Assembly (NCBI GenBank): GCA_019650355.1
Contig: BOWX01000001.1
Span: forward strand, 128,234-192,233
From: Fidelibacterota bacterium
GTDB lineage: Bacteria > Fidelibacterota > Marinisomatia > Marinisomatales > Marinisomataceae
Direction of reading: 5' to 3'
DNA length: 64,000 nucleotides
The first letter of the stretch is position 1; each line of letters starts with the position of its first letter. Shown in pieces: positions 21,229-31,148 of the stretch. The position numbers were made by a program, and so were the translations under genes. The notes under the pieces are model-generated. The model was not told where the DNA came from. It searched no databases and saw only the letters and a list, made by a program, of their open reading frames with translations.

Positions 21229-21875
21229 TGAGCTTAACTTTTTTTATAATAACCATTTTCTTAATGATTACAAATTTAATTTGGATGATTTTTTTTACTC
21301 CAATGGTTCCTAATCAAGAGTGGGCGCAAAAAATATTTTATCTTCATGTACCCATAGCGTGGTCTGGATTTTTAGCTTATTTCATTGTGATGGTAAGTGG
21401 AATTTGTTATCTCTATACAAAAAATCTTAAATATGATAGAATTGGCCTTGCTTCTGCTGAGATAGGAACTATTTTTACTGCTTTAGTATTAATTACAGGG
21501 CCTATTTGGGCAACACCAATTTGGGGTCAGCCTTGGGTGTGGGAACCAAGATTAATTACTACTCTAGTACTATTTCTGATTTATGTAGGATATTTTATTA
21601 TGAGAAATATTGGGCTATATCGTCAAAGAGCAGCACTTGTATGTGCCATTATTGGAATTATTGCATTTTTAGACATTCCAATAATTTTTGCATCAGTGAA
21701 TTTTTGGGCAGCTGAAATTCAATCTCATCCTCAGCTAGGCATGAATAAACAGCCGTCTGGGATTTTAAATCCATTTTTATTTTCATTGTTATCATTTACA
21801 TCATTGATGATTTTAATGCTATTATTAAAAATAGAAGTTTTAAAAAAGAAAGATATTGAGGATAGATATGTTTAA
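21228..21875 (+). CDS. ccmC: Haem exporter/haem lyase subunit CcmC
   Basis: 215 aa with the WWD motif 'WGQPWVWEPRL'. Confidence 0.9.
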   Translation: MSLTFFIITIFLMITNLIWMIFFTPMVPNQEWAQKIFYLHVPIAWSGFLAYFIVMVSGICYLYTKNLKYDRIGLASAEIGTIFTALVLITGPIWATPIWGQPWVWEPRLITTLVLFLIYVGYFIMRNIGLYRQRAALVCAIIGIIAFLDIPIIFASVNFWAAEIQSHPQLGMNKQPSGILNPFLFSLLSFTSLMILMLLLKIEVLKKKDIEDRYV

Positions 21876-21966
21876 TTATTTATCTTATTTTTTGTCAGCA
21901 CTTTTTGTTGTATTTATTACTATTTTAACTTGGTTTATTATTAACGTAAAAAAATATAGAAATTAA
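21868..21966 (+). CDS. CcmD-like 32-aa single-TM protein, absent from the ORF track
   Basis: MFNYLSYFLSALFVVFITILTWFIINVKKYRN. Its start overlaps the ccmC end by 8 nt, which is the position of ccmD in System I operons. Confidence 0.45.
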   Translation: MFNYLSYFLSALFVVFITILTWFIINVKKYRN

Positions 21967-21984
21967 TTCGGGGGAATTAGAATT

Positions 21985-23049
21985 ATGGAACGAAAAATTG
22001 TACATGTTGTTGGAACTGGAACTATTGGCGAACCACTGATAGGCATTCTTTGTGAGCAAAAAAGTAATTTAGGAATTGATGAGGTTACATTTCATAAACA
22101 ATCCCCTTTAACAAAAGATGCTCCTAAGATTAAAAATTTAATAGCGAAAGGTGCTAGGCTTGCAGTGCATGAAGATAGAGTCGAAAGTTTTAAAGAAATT
22201 GGTTTAGAACCTGAATTTACAATGGAAGAAGCTGTTTCTAGAAGTTCAGTTGTAATTGATTGTACTCCTAAGGGGTTTGGTCACCAAAATAAAGCAGATT
22301 TTTATGAAAAATATGCTGATAAAGTTAAAGGTTTTCTAGCTCAAGGCAGTGAAAATGGATTTGGAAAAAAATATGCTCGAGGAATTAATGACCATGTTAT
22401 CAATTCAGAAGATCAATTTTTACAAGTTGTTTCTTGCAATACCCATAATATTGCATGTCTAGTTAATACCATAGCATTAAGCATCTCTCCAGATAACCTT
22501 ATTGATGGAAAATTTGTTTGTGTTAGGAGAAGTAATGACATAAGTCAAACAGGTAGTTTTGTTCCTGCTCCTACAGTTAATGACCATGGACATCCAGTTT
22601 ACGGAACTCATCATGCAGAAGATGCAGCAGGATTATTTAAAACAATGAATCTTGACCTTGATTTTTTTTCTTCAGCAATGAAGGTTAATTCTCAATATAT
22701 GCATACTGTATGGTTTAATTTGAAGCTTAAAGAGCCTACTTCTAAACAAAAGGTTATTGATTTGCTTTCAAGTAATGATAGAGTGTCATTAACAGAGCAT
22801 CACTCAACAAATGAGGTATTTTCATTTGGAAGAGACCAAGGACTGTATGGAAGAATTTTAAATCAAACTGTCATTGTTGAAGATTCTATAAATGTGCGTA
22901 ATGATCACGAAGTTTCAGGATTTTGTTTTACTCCACAAGATGGAAACTCAATACTTTCAAGTATTGCTGCAACTGTTAGATTTTTGAATCCACATTCCTA
23001 CCAAGATAAAATTAATTCTTTGGGTGGATTCTTTTTTGACAGAGTATAA
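21985..23049 (+). CDS. Archaeal-type (type II) glyceraldehyde-3-phosphate dehydrogenase-like NAD(P) dehydrogenase
   Basis: 354 aa. 'VVGTGTIG' Rossmann fold, 'VIDCTPKGFG', catalytic 'VVSCNTHN', 'THHAEDA', 'SQYMHTV'. These parallel the archaeal GAPDH blocks VIDCTPEG / VVSCNTTG / SHHGPDV / TLMHQH. Confidence 0.55.
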   Translation: MERKIVHVVGTGTIGEPLIGILCEQKSNLGIDEVTFHKQSPLTKDAPKIKNLIAKGARLAVHEDRVESFKEIGLEPEFTMEEAVSRSSVVIDCTPKGFGHQNKADFYEKYADKVKGFLAQGSENGFGKKYARGINDHVINSEDQFLQVVSCNTHNIACLVNTIALSISPDNLIDGKFVCVRRSNDISQTGSFVPAPTVNDHGHPVYGTHHAEDAAGLFKTMNLDLDFFSSAMKVNSQYMHTVWFNLKLKEPTSKQKVIDLLSSNDRVSLTEHHSTNEVFSFGRDQGLYGRILNQTVIVEDSINVRNDHEVSGFCFTPQDGNSILSSIAATVRFLNPHSYQDKINSLGGFFFDRV

Positions 23050-23682
23050 TGTTAAATTATAAAAGAATAATTTCTGAGCTTTTAGATCAAAATATTTACA
23101 TTTTATCAAATGAAAATAAAGAAGCCATTATTATTGATCCAGGTTTAGGCTTTGATTTAATTAATGAATATCTTACAGTCTCATAATTTATCTCCAATAG
23201 CTGTTTTGGCTACACATGCACATATTGATCATATTGCTTCTGCGAGCGATTGTATAAAAACTTATAACATACCATTTTACATTTGTAGAGGCAATAGTAT
23301 GATGCTTGATTATTACGATGTTATGAAAGGATATATGAATGTTGTTTCAGAAAAACCAGAAGTCAGTCATTGGATTGAAGAGTCAGATAAAAAGTTAACT
23401 GTTGGTTCGTTTGAATTTAATGTTAATTACAATCCTGGACATTCTCCTGGATGTATGAGTTTTGAAATAGACTCACTTATCTTTTGTGGAGATTTAATAT
23501 TTAAGGGATCAATTGGTAGAACTGATCTTCAAACATCAAATCCAGCTCATATGGAAAAATCATTAGAAATGTTTGTAAATTCATTTGATGTTAATTCTAC
23601 CTTGCTCCCTGGGCATCGTGAAATAACAACATTAGATTATGAATTAAAAACAAATCCATTTTTAGTGAAATATGCAAAATAG
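23049..23682 (+). CDS. MBL-fold hydrolase (glyoxalase II-like), frame broken near 23165-23195
   Basis: The N-terminal piece MLNYKRIISELLDQNIYILSNENKEAIIIDPGLGFDLINEYL joins ORF 23164-23682, which carries 'THAHIDH' (HxHxDH). Confidence 0.75.
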
Positions 23683-24999
23683 AATTACATTAAATCTCAA
23701 AACTTTAATTGATAATGAAAAACCACATTTCCTACTAGCGGTATCTGGTGGTATAGATTCAATGGTTCTTCTAAACTTTTTTCAGAAAAATCATGAGTCT
23801 TTTAAGTTTTCTGTAGCTCATATTAATCATAATTATCATTCAGATTCTAAAAAGATGGAAAATTTAGTTAAAAATCAATGTGTTAAAATGAATAGTGATT
23901 TAATTATTGAAAATATTTTTTTAAAAGAGGTTAATTCTAATATTGAATCAAATTTTAGAAAAATGAGGTATAGCAAATTAGAAGAAGTAAGAAAAAGAAT
24001 TAAGGCTGATTTCATTCTCACTGCACACCATGCAGATGATCAAGTTGAAACTATTTTAATGAAAATTCTCAATTCTTCAGGAGTAGAAGGACTTCAAGGA
24101 TTAAGAAAATTAAATCAGAATATTATTAGACCTATGTACAATATTTCTAAAAGAGAAATAAGTGAGTATGCATCTTTAAATAACGTCAAATTTATTGATG
24201 ATCCAACAAATTGTGATGACTTATTTACTAGGAATTTTTTAAGAATGAATGTTATACCTGAATTGAAAAAAATTAAAAATGATATTCATATTCCTTTTAA
24301 TAATTTTACTGATAGAATTGATGAGGTACATGATTTAATTACATTTAATGTTCAAAATTTTTGTAATTCAGATAGCTATATTGTAAATGAAAATACAATT
24401 GAAATAAATAAGTCAGAATTTTATAACCTACCTTTTCTTGTTCAGCTAAGAATTATTTCAAATTTATGTCTCAATGCTAAAAATTCATTTTCAAAAACAG
24501 ATATCAGAGAAATAAAAGATTTGTTTCAGAAAAAATCTTTCAGGTTCTTCGAAAGTAGTAAATGAAAAGACCATATTAGTAGATAGAAATTCGTTATTTA
24601 TTTATAATGATACTAATGATGGCATTTTTAGTAATGTTGAAGCTGGAGAAGAATTTAATGGGGTAAACTTTACTTTTTTTTGGGATTTTAATAAGGCACC
24701 TAAAAAATTTCACTAATGACAAAGAAGTCGAGTTTATTGATGCATCAAAAATTAATAACAATTTAGTAATCAGATCAGTTCGAGACAGTGATAGTTTTTT
24801 ACCTTTGGGAATGAATGGAAAAAAGAAAGTTAAAAAATATTTAAAAGACAGAAATTTATCCTTTTTAAAGAGGAAAGAATCGTTAGTAGTATGTAATCAA
24901 GATGAAATTATTTGGGTTGCAGGTTATCAATTAAGTGAAAAATATAAAATTCATAAAAATTCAGTAAAAATTGCAAAACTAAATTTCTTTAGGAATTAG
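23672..24999 (+). CDS. tilS: tRNA(Ile)-lysidine synthetase, frame broken twice
   Basis: PP-loop 'LAVSGGIDS'. The middle segment reads in a third frame (GSSKVVNEKTILVDRNSLFIYNDTNDG...). The C-terminal TilS domain is ORF 24805-24999. Breaks are at A6 24530-24535, and at T8 24674-24681 or A6 24701-24706. Confidence 0.85.
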
Positions 25000-25035
25000 T
25001 TTTTTTATTAAACATTTTTATTAAATTCTTCTCCA

Positions 25036-26932
25036 ATGAAAAATCAAACAAATAAGAAACCAAACCCTAAAAAAACACAAACAGGGCCTAGCTCTTTACT
25101 AATTTGGGCATCAATAATTTTATTTATAATTGCTTCATTTGCTTTTCTACCTGATGAGTCTGCAAACGAAGTTGAAGTATCTTACAACACATATAAAGAA
25201 TTATTAGCGGAAAATAAAATTAAAGAAGCATCTATTGAAAATGATAATTCTTTTCATGGCGAACTTTTTAATCCTCAAACATTGATTAATAAACATGGAG
25301 CATCATTTGAAGAAAGAACCTTATTTGTTGTCTTCTTACCATCAGATTATTCTGATCAAATTGCTTTATGGGATGAAAAGAATATTGAATACAATTTTGA
25401 AGGTGAAAAAATTGATTGGACAAGTTGGCTACTTGGTTTTGCGCCCTGGTTATTATTAATAGCTTTTTGGCTATTTTTAATTAGAAGAATGCAAGGTTCT
25501 GGAAATGGAATGAATAATGTTTTTAGCTTTGGTAAAAGTAAAGCTAAGATTTTTTCTGGTAATCAAAAGAAAGTGAAGTTTAAGGATGTAGCTGGTTGTA
25601 TTGAGGCTAAGGAAGAGCTTGAGGAAGTAATAGCATACTTAAAAAGCCCCAAAAAATTTGAAAAGCTTGGAGGTAAAATTCCAAGAGGTGTCTTATTAGT
25701 TGGACCTCCAGGAACTGGAAAGACATTATTAGCCAGAGCTGTAGCTGGTGAATCCAATGTACCTTTTTTTAGTATAAGTGGAGCAGATTTTGTCGAAATG
25801 TTCGTTGGAGTTGGAGCATCTCGAGTAAGAGACCTATTTGAGCAAGCAAATAAAAACGCACCTGCAATTGTTTTTATTGATGAGCTTGATGCGGTAGGTC
25901 GTCAACGTGGAAGCTGGATTAGGTGGTGGACATGATGAAAGAGAACAAACGCTAAATCAGCTGTTAGTTGAACTTGATGGATTTGATAATTCTAGCAGTG
26001 TTATTGTTATGGGAGCAACAAATAGGCCAGATGTGTTGGACTCAGCATTGTTAAGACCTGGAAGATTTGACCGTCAGGTTGTAGTTGATGTTCCTGACCT
26101 AAATGGTAGACATGATATTTTAAAAATTCATACAAAGAAAATCAAAATTAAACCTAAGTCAGTCAATTTATTAGATATAGCTAAAGGAACACCTGGAATG
26201 GTTGGAGCTGATTTAGCTAATCTTGTAAACGAAGCTGCACTACTTGCTTCTAGAAAAAGAAAAGCGACAGTTGATAATTCTGATTTTCAAGAAGCTCAAG
26301 ATAAAGTTTTAATGGGTGTCCAAATAAAAAGTATGGTGCTTTCGGATCATGAAAAGAAAGTAACAGCTTATCATGAAGCAGGACATGCAGTAGTAGCACT
26401 ATTTTCTCCAGAAGCAGATCCTGTCCATAAAGTTACAATTATTCCTAGAGGAAGAGCATTAGGAGTAACAATGCAGCTGCCAATTGATGAAAAACACGGT
26501 TATTCAAAAACATATATTTTAAGCAGATTAGCTGTAATGATGGGAGGAAGAGCTGCGGAAGATTTAATATTAAATGAAATCACTACTGGTGCATCAAACG
26601 ATATTGAAAGAGCAACAAGTATTGCTAGAAGAATGGTTTGTGAGTGGGGAATGAGTGACAAGATGGGCCCAATGGCTTTTGGAAAAAAGAATGAAGAAAT
26701 TTTCTTAGGAAGAGAAATACAATCTCATAGAGACTACAGTGAAGAAACTGCTCAGATGATTGATCATGAAGTTGTATCAATTATTAAAAATGCACAAGAT
26801 ACTGCAAGAAAAATTCTTGAAGAAAAAATTGATCTACTGCATTTAATGGCTGAAGAATTACTTGAACATGAAACAATAGATGAATCAGATATTAAAGTCA
26901 TGCTATCAGGTAAAAAAATCTCAAAAAAATAA
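25036..26932 (+). CDS. ftsH: ATP-dependent zinc metalloprotease FtsH, frame broken near 25911
   Basis: Walker A 'GPPGTGKT' and '[11 protein letters not shown]' in ORF 1. '(A)[17 protein letters not shown]' and the HEAGH zinc site are in ORF 2. An extra A at 25911-25912 explains the shift. Confidence 0.95.
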
Positions 26933-26935
26933 TAC

Positions 26936-27787
26936 ATGAATATCAAACAATTCAATGATTGGCTTTCAAGTGAAGATAAGCAATCATTAATCATGGGAAT
27001 TTTAAATGTTACTCCTGATTCATTTTCGGATGGTGGCCAATACTTTGATAAAAATACTGCTGTTGAGCATGCATTAGCTATGGTCAAAAATGGTGCAAAT
27101 ATAATTGATATTGGCGGTGAATCTACTAGACCATTTTCAGATCCTGTTAGTTTAGATGAAGAAATTTCAAGAGTAATACCTGTTATTAAAGGTATAAGAA
27201 AAAAATCTGATGTTTGTATATCTATTGATACTACAAAATCAATGGTTGCAAGCAAAGCTCTTGATGTTGGTGCTTCAATAATAAATGATGTTAGTGCCAT
27301 GGAAGTTGATCCATTTATGGCTGATATAGCAGTAAAATTTGATTGTCCCTTAATTATAATGCATATGAAAGGAACTCCAAAAAATATGCAAGATAACCCT
27401 ACTTATGAATCTCTAATACCAGATATCAAAAATTATCTGATAAAAAGAATAGATTTTGCAGTTTCTAAAGGAGTAAATCGCAAAAAAATTATAATTGATC
27501 CCGGTATTGGTTTTGGAAAAACCGTTGAAAATAATTTTGAAATCATAAATAATTTAAATCATTTTGTTAAGTTAAATTTTCCAGTCCTTCTTGGTGCATC
27601 AAGAAAATCATTCATTGGAATAGCTTTAAATCTTCCAGAAAATGATAGGTTAGAAGGTTCATTAGCAGCTAATATTATTGGATTACAACAAGGTGTAAAG
27701 ATTTTTAGAGTCCATGATGTTGCTGAAACACATAAAGCACTTTTAATTGCAAATAAAATTTTTAATTCAAACCATTTAATTAGCTAA
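26936..27787 (+). CDS. folP: Dihydropteroate synthase
   Basis: 283 aa with 'GILNVTPDSFSDGG' and 'IIDIGGESTRP'. Confidence 0.9.
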   Translation: MNIKQFNDWLSSEDKQSLIMGILNVTPDSFSDGGQYFDKNTAVEHALAMVKNGANIIDIGGESTRPFSDPVSLDEEISRVIPVIKGIRKKSDVCISIDTTKSMVASKALDVGASIINDVSAMEVDPFMADIAVKFDCPLIIMHMKGTPKNMQDNPTYESLIPDIKNYLIKRIDFAVSKGVNRKKIIIDPGIGFGKTVENNFEIINNLNHFVKLNFPVLLGASRKSFIGIALNLPENDRLEGSLAANIIGLQQGVKIFRVHDVAETHKALLIANKIFNSNHLIS

Positions 27788-27795
27788 ATTAATAT

Positions 27796-28575
27796 ATGAA
27801 CCTTTTTGAGATAAGTTTTTTAAAGTTTACACTTACCGATCTGTTTGATTTGATTTTGGTTACATTCATTTTTTCTTATGCCTATTCTTACTTTAGAGGT
27901 ACTAGAGGTGGACAAATGTTAATTGGTTTATTAATTATATTTTTTGCTGGATTTATAATTAATATTCTTGGATTTAAAGCTACATCTTGGCTTTTAAATC
28001 TTTTTCAAACTGTTTGGGTCGTAGTTTTTGTAATTTTATTTCAACCAGAAATCAGAAGACTCCTAACTTCAGTAGGACAGAATCGAATTTTAAGAAAACT
28101 ATTTCAGATTGAAAGAACTGAAATACAAGAAGACATATTATCTAGTATTGAAGAAATTAAAAGAAATAAGTGGGGTGCTTTACTTGTATTTGAACGTGAA
28201 AATTCTTTAAAAAATGTAGTATCAGATGCTGTTCCAATGCATGCTTCATTCAGCCCTGAGCTTTTAGTATCAATTTTTAATCCATCTTCTCCTTTGCATG
28301 ATGGAGCTGTAGTAATTCATAATAATTTAATTGAAGCAGCAGCATGTATTTTACCTTTGACTGAAAGCAAGACTTTAAATCCTGAAATGGGAACTAGACA
28401 TCGAGCAGCACTTGGAATTTCTGAAGAGAGTGATGCTTTGGCAGTTGTTATTTCAGAAGAAAGTGGAAAAATTTCTGTTGCAGAAAATGGATATTTTATA
28501 AGTTCAGGCCTCTCTTTAGATGAACTAGGAAAAATTCTAAAAGAAAAGATGAACGAATTTTTTGAGGAAAATTAA
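27796..28575 (+). CDS. cdaA: Diadenylate cyclase (membrane-anchored CdaA/DisA_N)
   Basis: Three N-terminal TM helices, then 'DGAVVI' and 'GTRHRAALGISEESDALAVVISEESG'. Confidence 0.85.
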   Translation: MNLFEISFLKFTLTDLFDLILVTFIFSYAYSYFRGTRGGQMLIGLLIIFFAGFIINILGFKATSWLLNLFQTVWVVVFVILFQPEIRRLLTSVGQNRILRKLFQIERTEIQEDILSSIEEIKRNKWGALLVFERENSLKNVVSDAVPMHASFSPELLVSIFNPSSPLHDGAVVIHNNLIEAAACILPLTESKTLNPEMGTRHRAALGISEESDALAVVISEESGKISVAENGYFISSGLSLDELGKILKEKMNEFFEEN

Positions 28576-28577
28576 AA

Positions 28578-30053
28578 ATGTTAAAAGATAAGATTTTAGA
28601 TTTATTGAACCGGTCAGATTTTATGACTTTATCAACAAGCGTTGCTGGTAATTCTTCTGCAGCGAATGTCTATTTTGCAAATGACGGATTAGATATATAC
28701 TTTTTCACTTTCAATCCGTCAAGAAAAGCTGTACAAATTTCCATTAATCCTAAGGTTCAATGTGTAATTAGACCTGATGGAGAAGAAGGTATAAAGGAGT
28801 TGCAAATTGATGCACATGCTTCGAAAGTAACAGATGAGGATGAAGTTGAAAAAGCTAAGAAAGCAATTCTTAATGTCACTGAAGCTTTTTCAGAATATAT
28901 GCATGATGATTTTTTGATTGCCAATGATGTAATAGGGTACTATAAAATTCAGCCAACAACAATAAAATATGTTGATTTTTATGCTGAAAAACAATTTGAA
29001 TGGATGGAAGTTCCTGAAAATAGAATTGGATTATTTAAAGAAGTAAAAAATAATATACTAAATACTTTAAAATATTGGATTACTGTTGTAAGAGCACCTT
29101 TTTTAACAGCTACCATTGCTCCAATCATGCTTGGTTCTGCTATTGCATATAAACAGTTTGAGGTCTTTGATTGGTCGATATTTTGGATGGTATTATTTGG
29201 TGCAGTTTGTGCTCAAATTGGTACAAATAATATTAATGATTATTTTGATCATAAATCTAGAAATGATGAAATGAATAAGTTGGCTAGTCCATTTAACGGC
29301 GGATCAAGAGCTATTCAATCTGGATTAATTACCCCTACAAATATGCTTCTGCTTTCAATTTTCTTTTTTTCATGTACAATCCTAGTTGGTCTTAATCTAA
29401 ATAACCTCTTCTTTGACGGAAGAGTTGATTCAGTTTTAATGTATCTAGGATATTTGGGTATATTTTTGGGAGTGATGTATACTGGATTTTTTAAACTTGC
29501 ATACAATGGTCTTGGCGATTTAGCAGTATTTATTGGTTTTGGTCCTCTTATGGTGTATGGTGCAGCTTTGCTGCAAAACTTAGCAGTAGCACCAACTCAA
29601 TCAATTGATCCAATAGTGACATTATTTTACTCAGTTCCTGTTGGAATATTTATTGCTTTAGTCCTTTTTATAAATTGTTTCCAAGATTATAATGCTGATA
29701 AGGCTGCAAATAAAAATAGCTGGGTTGTTAAATTGGCTGGCCCAGGTGAAAAAGCTAATTATAGAAAACCATTTTCAGTTTGGAAAAGTTTAATGGTTAT
29801 ATCATTTCTTTTGATTGTTGGAGCATCTGTTTATGCACAAAATTATTTTACATTAATTGCATTGATTCCATTACTTATTTTCAATTTTGCATCTAAGAAA
29901 GGTTCTGATTGGTTAGTTGAATGGGAAAAAGAAGATGCTAATCTTCAGCAATTACCTTATGAACTATTAATTGTTAATGTATCAACCATTGGAATTCACT
30001 TTTTAACTGGAGTACTATTAACAATTGGGGTATTACTAAGTGTATGGATTTAA
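28578..30053 (+). CDS. Fusion protein: N-terminal PNPOx-like FMN-binding split-barrel domain plus UbiA/MenA-family polyprenyltransferase
   Basis: Residues about 1-150 look like a soluble pyridoxamine-phosphate-oxidase-like/GSP26-like fold. The remainder has about 8 TM helices, with Asp-rich motifs 'NDYFDHKSRND' and 'QDYNADKAANK'. Confidence 0.65.
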   Translation: MLKDKILDLLNRSDFMTLSTSVAGNSSAANVYFANDGLDIYFFTFNPSRKAVQISINPKVQCVIRPDGEEGIKELQIDAHASKVTDEDEVEKAKKAILNVTEAFSEYMHDDFLIANDVIGYYKIQPTTIKYVDFYAEKQFEWMEVPENRIGLFKEVKNNILNTLKYWITVVRAPFLTATIAPIMLGSAIAYKQFEVFDWSIFWMVLFGAVCAQIGTNNINDYFDHKSRNDEMNKLASPFNGGSRAIQSGLITPTNMLLLSIFFFSCTILVGLNLNNLFFDGRVDSVLMYLGYLGIFLGVMYTGFFKLAYNGLGDLAVFIGFGPLMVYGAALLQNLAVAPTQSIDPIVTLFYSVPVGIFIALVLFINCFQDYNADKAANKNSWVVKLAGPGEKANYRKPFSVWKSLMVISFLLIVGASVYAQNYFTLIALIPLLIFNFASKKGSDWLVEWEKEDANLQQLPYELLIVNVSTIGIHFLTGVLLTIGVLLSVWI

Positions 30054-31139
30054 AAGAAGCATATTCATTATCTTTAGAAAAATATAATCAAATTAGGAGG
30101 CATCTTTGACCTTGAATCAAAGACTTCTGATCTCCAAAAATTAAAAGAGCAAATTTCTGATCCCACAATGTGGGATAATAACTCTGAATCTACCACTGTA
30201 ATGAAAAAAATATCTTTTCTTGAAAAAGATATTTCCTTGAGGAAAAATCTTGTTCAAAAAGCTGAAGATGTAGAAGTACTGTTTGAATTTTTAAATGAAA
30301 ATCAAGTTGAAGAAGAAGAAGTTAAAAAAGAGCTTAAAATCTTTTCTAATCTTCTTAAGGAGTTTGAATTAAAACTTATATTAAATGGTGATAATGATAT
30401 TAACGATGCCATAATTACAATTCATCCAGGTGCAGGAGGTACAGAAAGTCAAGATTGGGCTGAAATGCTTTATCGTATGTATTCTATGTGGGCTGAATCT
30501 AAAGGTTTTAAATTTAATGTTATTGACTTCCAAAACGGTGATGAGGCCGGATTAAAAGATTGTACAGTGGAAATTTCTGGTGATTATGCTTATGGTTTAT
30601 TGCAAGCTGAGATTGGTATTCATAGACTAGTTAGAATTTCACCATTTGACTCTAACAGCAGAAGACATACTTCATTCGCTTCAGTGTCAGTTTCTCCAGC
30701 AGTTAATGAGGATATTGATATTGAAATTAATCAAAAAGATTTAAGGGTAGATACGTTTAGGTCAAGCGGTGCTGGCGGTCAACATGTAAATAAAACAGAT
30801 TCAGCAATAAGAATAACTCATATACCATCAGGTATTGTTACTCAATGTCAAACGCAAAGATCTCAGCACAAAAATAAAGAACAAGCTTTAAAAGTATTAA
30901 AATCAAAACTTTTTCAATTAGAAGTGGAGAAGCAGCTTCTCAATAAAAAAGAGCTTGAAGGAGAAAAAAAAGATATTGGTTGGGGTAGTCAAATTAGATC
31001 CTATGTTTTTCATCCTTATAACATGATTAAAGATCATAGAACCAAACATGAAGTAGGAAATATAAAATCAGTTATGGACGGTAATATTGATGATTTTATA
31101 TATAGTTATTTGTTAGATAAAATGGAAAAAAATAAATAA
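30044..31139 (+). CDS. prfB: Peptide chain release factor 2, with programmed +1 frameshift
   Basis: The 21-codon frame-0 leader MDLKEAYSLSLEKYNQIRRHL ends at CTT TGA C (30104-30110). The +1 frame continues DLESKTSDLQKLKEQISDPTMWDNN... SPF and GGQ motifs lie downstream. Confidence 0.95.
30095..30110 (+). promoter_or_regulatory. prfB autoregulatory +1 frameshift site (internal SD-like AGGAGG + CUU UGA C)
   Basis: AGGAGG at 30095-30100, a 3-nt spacer, then CTT TGA C at 30104-30110. Confidence 0.9.
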
Positions 31140-31148
31140 GTTTTCGAA

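Noticed and set aside
26764-27300. 178-aa ORF on the minus strand spanning the ftsH/folP junction
   Set aside because: It is entirely antisense to two strongly conserved genes. Its Ser/Ile/Leu-rich low-complexity product is typical of the reverse frame of AT-rich coding sequence. It has no plausible RBS or recognisable motif.
30104-30110. In-frame TGA in prfB, and the many frame interruptions, as evidence of an alternative genetic code (UGA recoding)
   Set aside because: The TGA sits in the canonical RF2 autoregulatory context, and RF2 itself is encoded, which implies UGA is a stop codon. The other interruptions are frameshifts, not in-frame stops.
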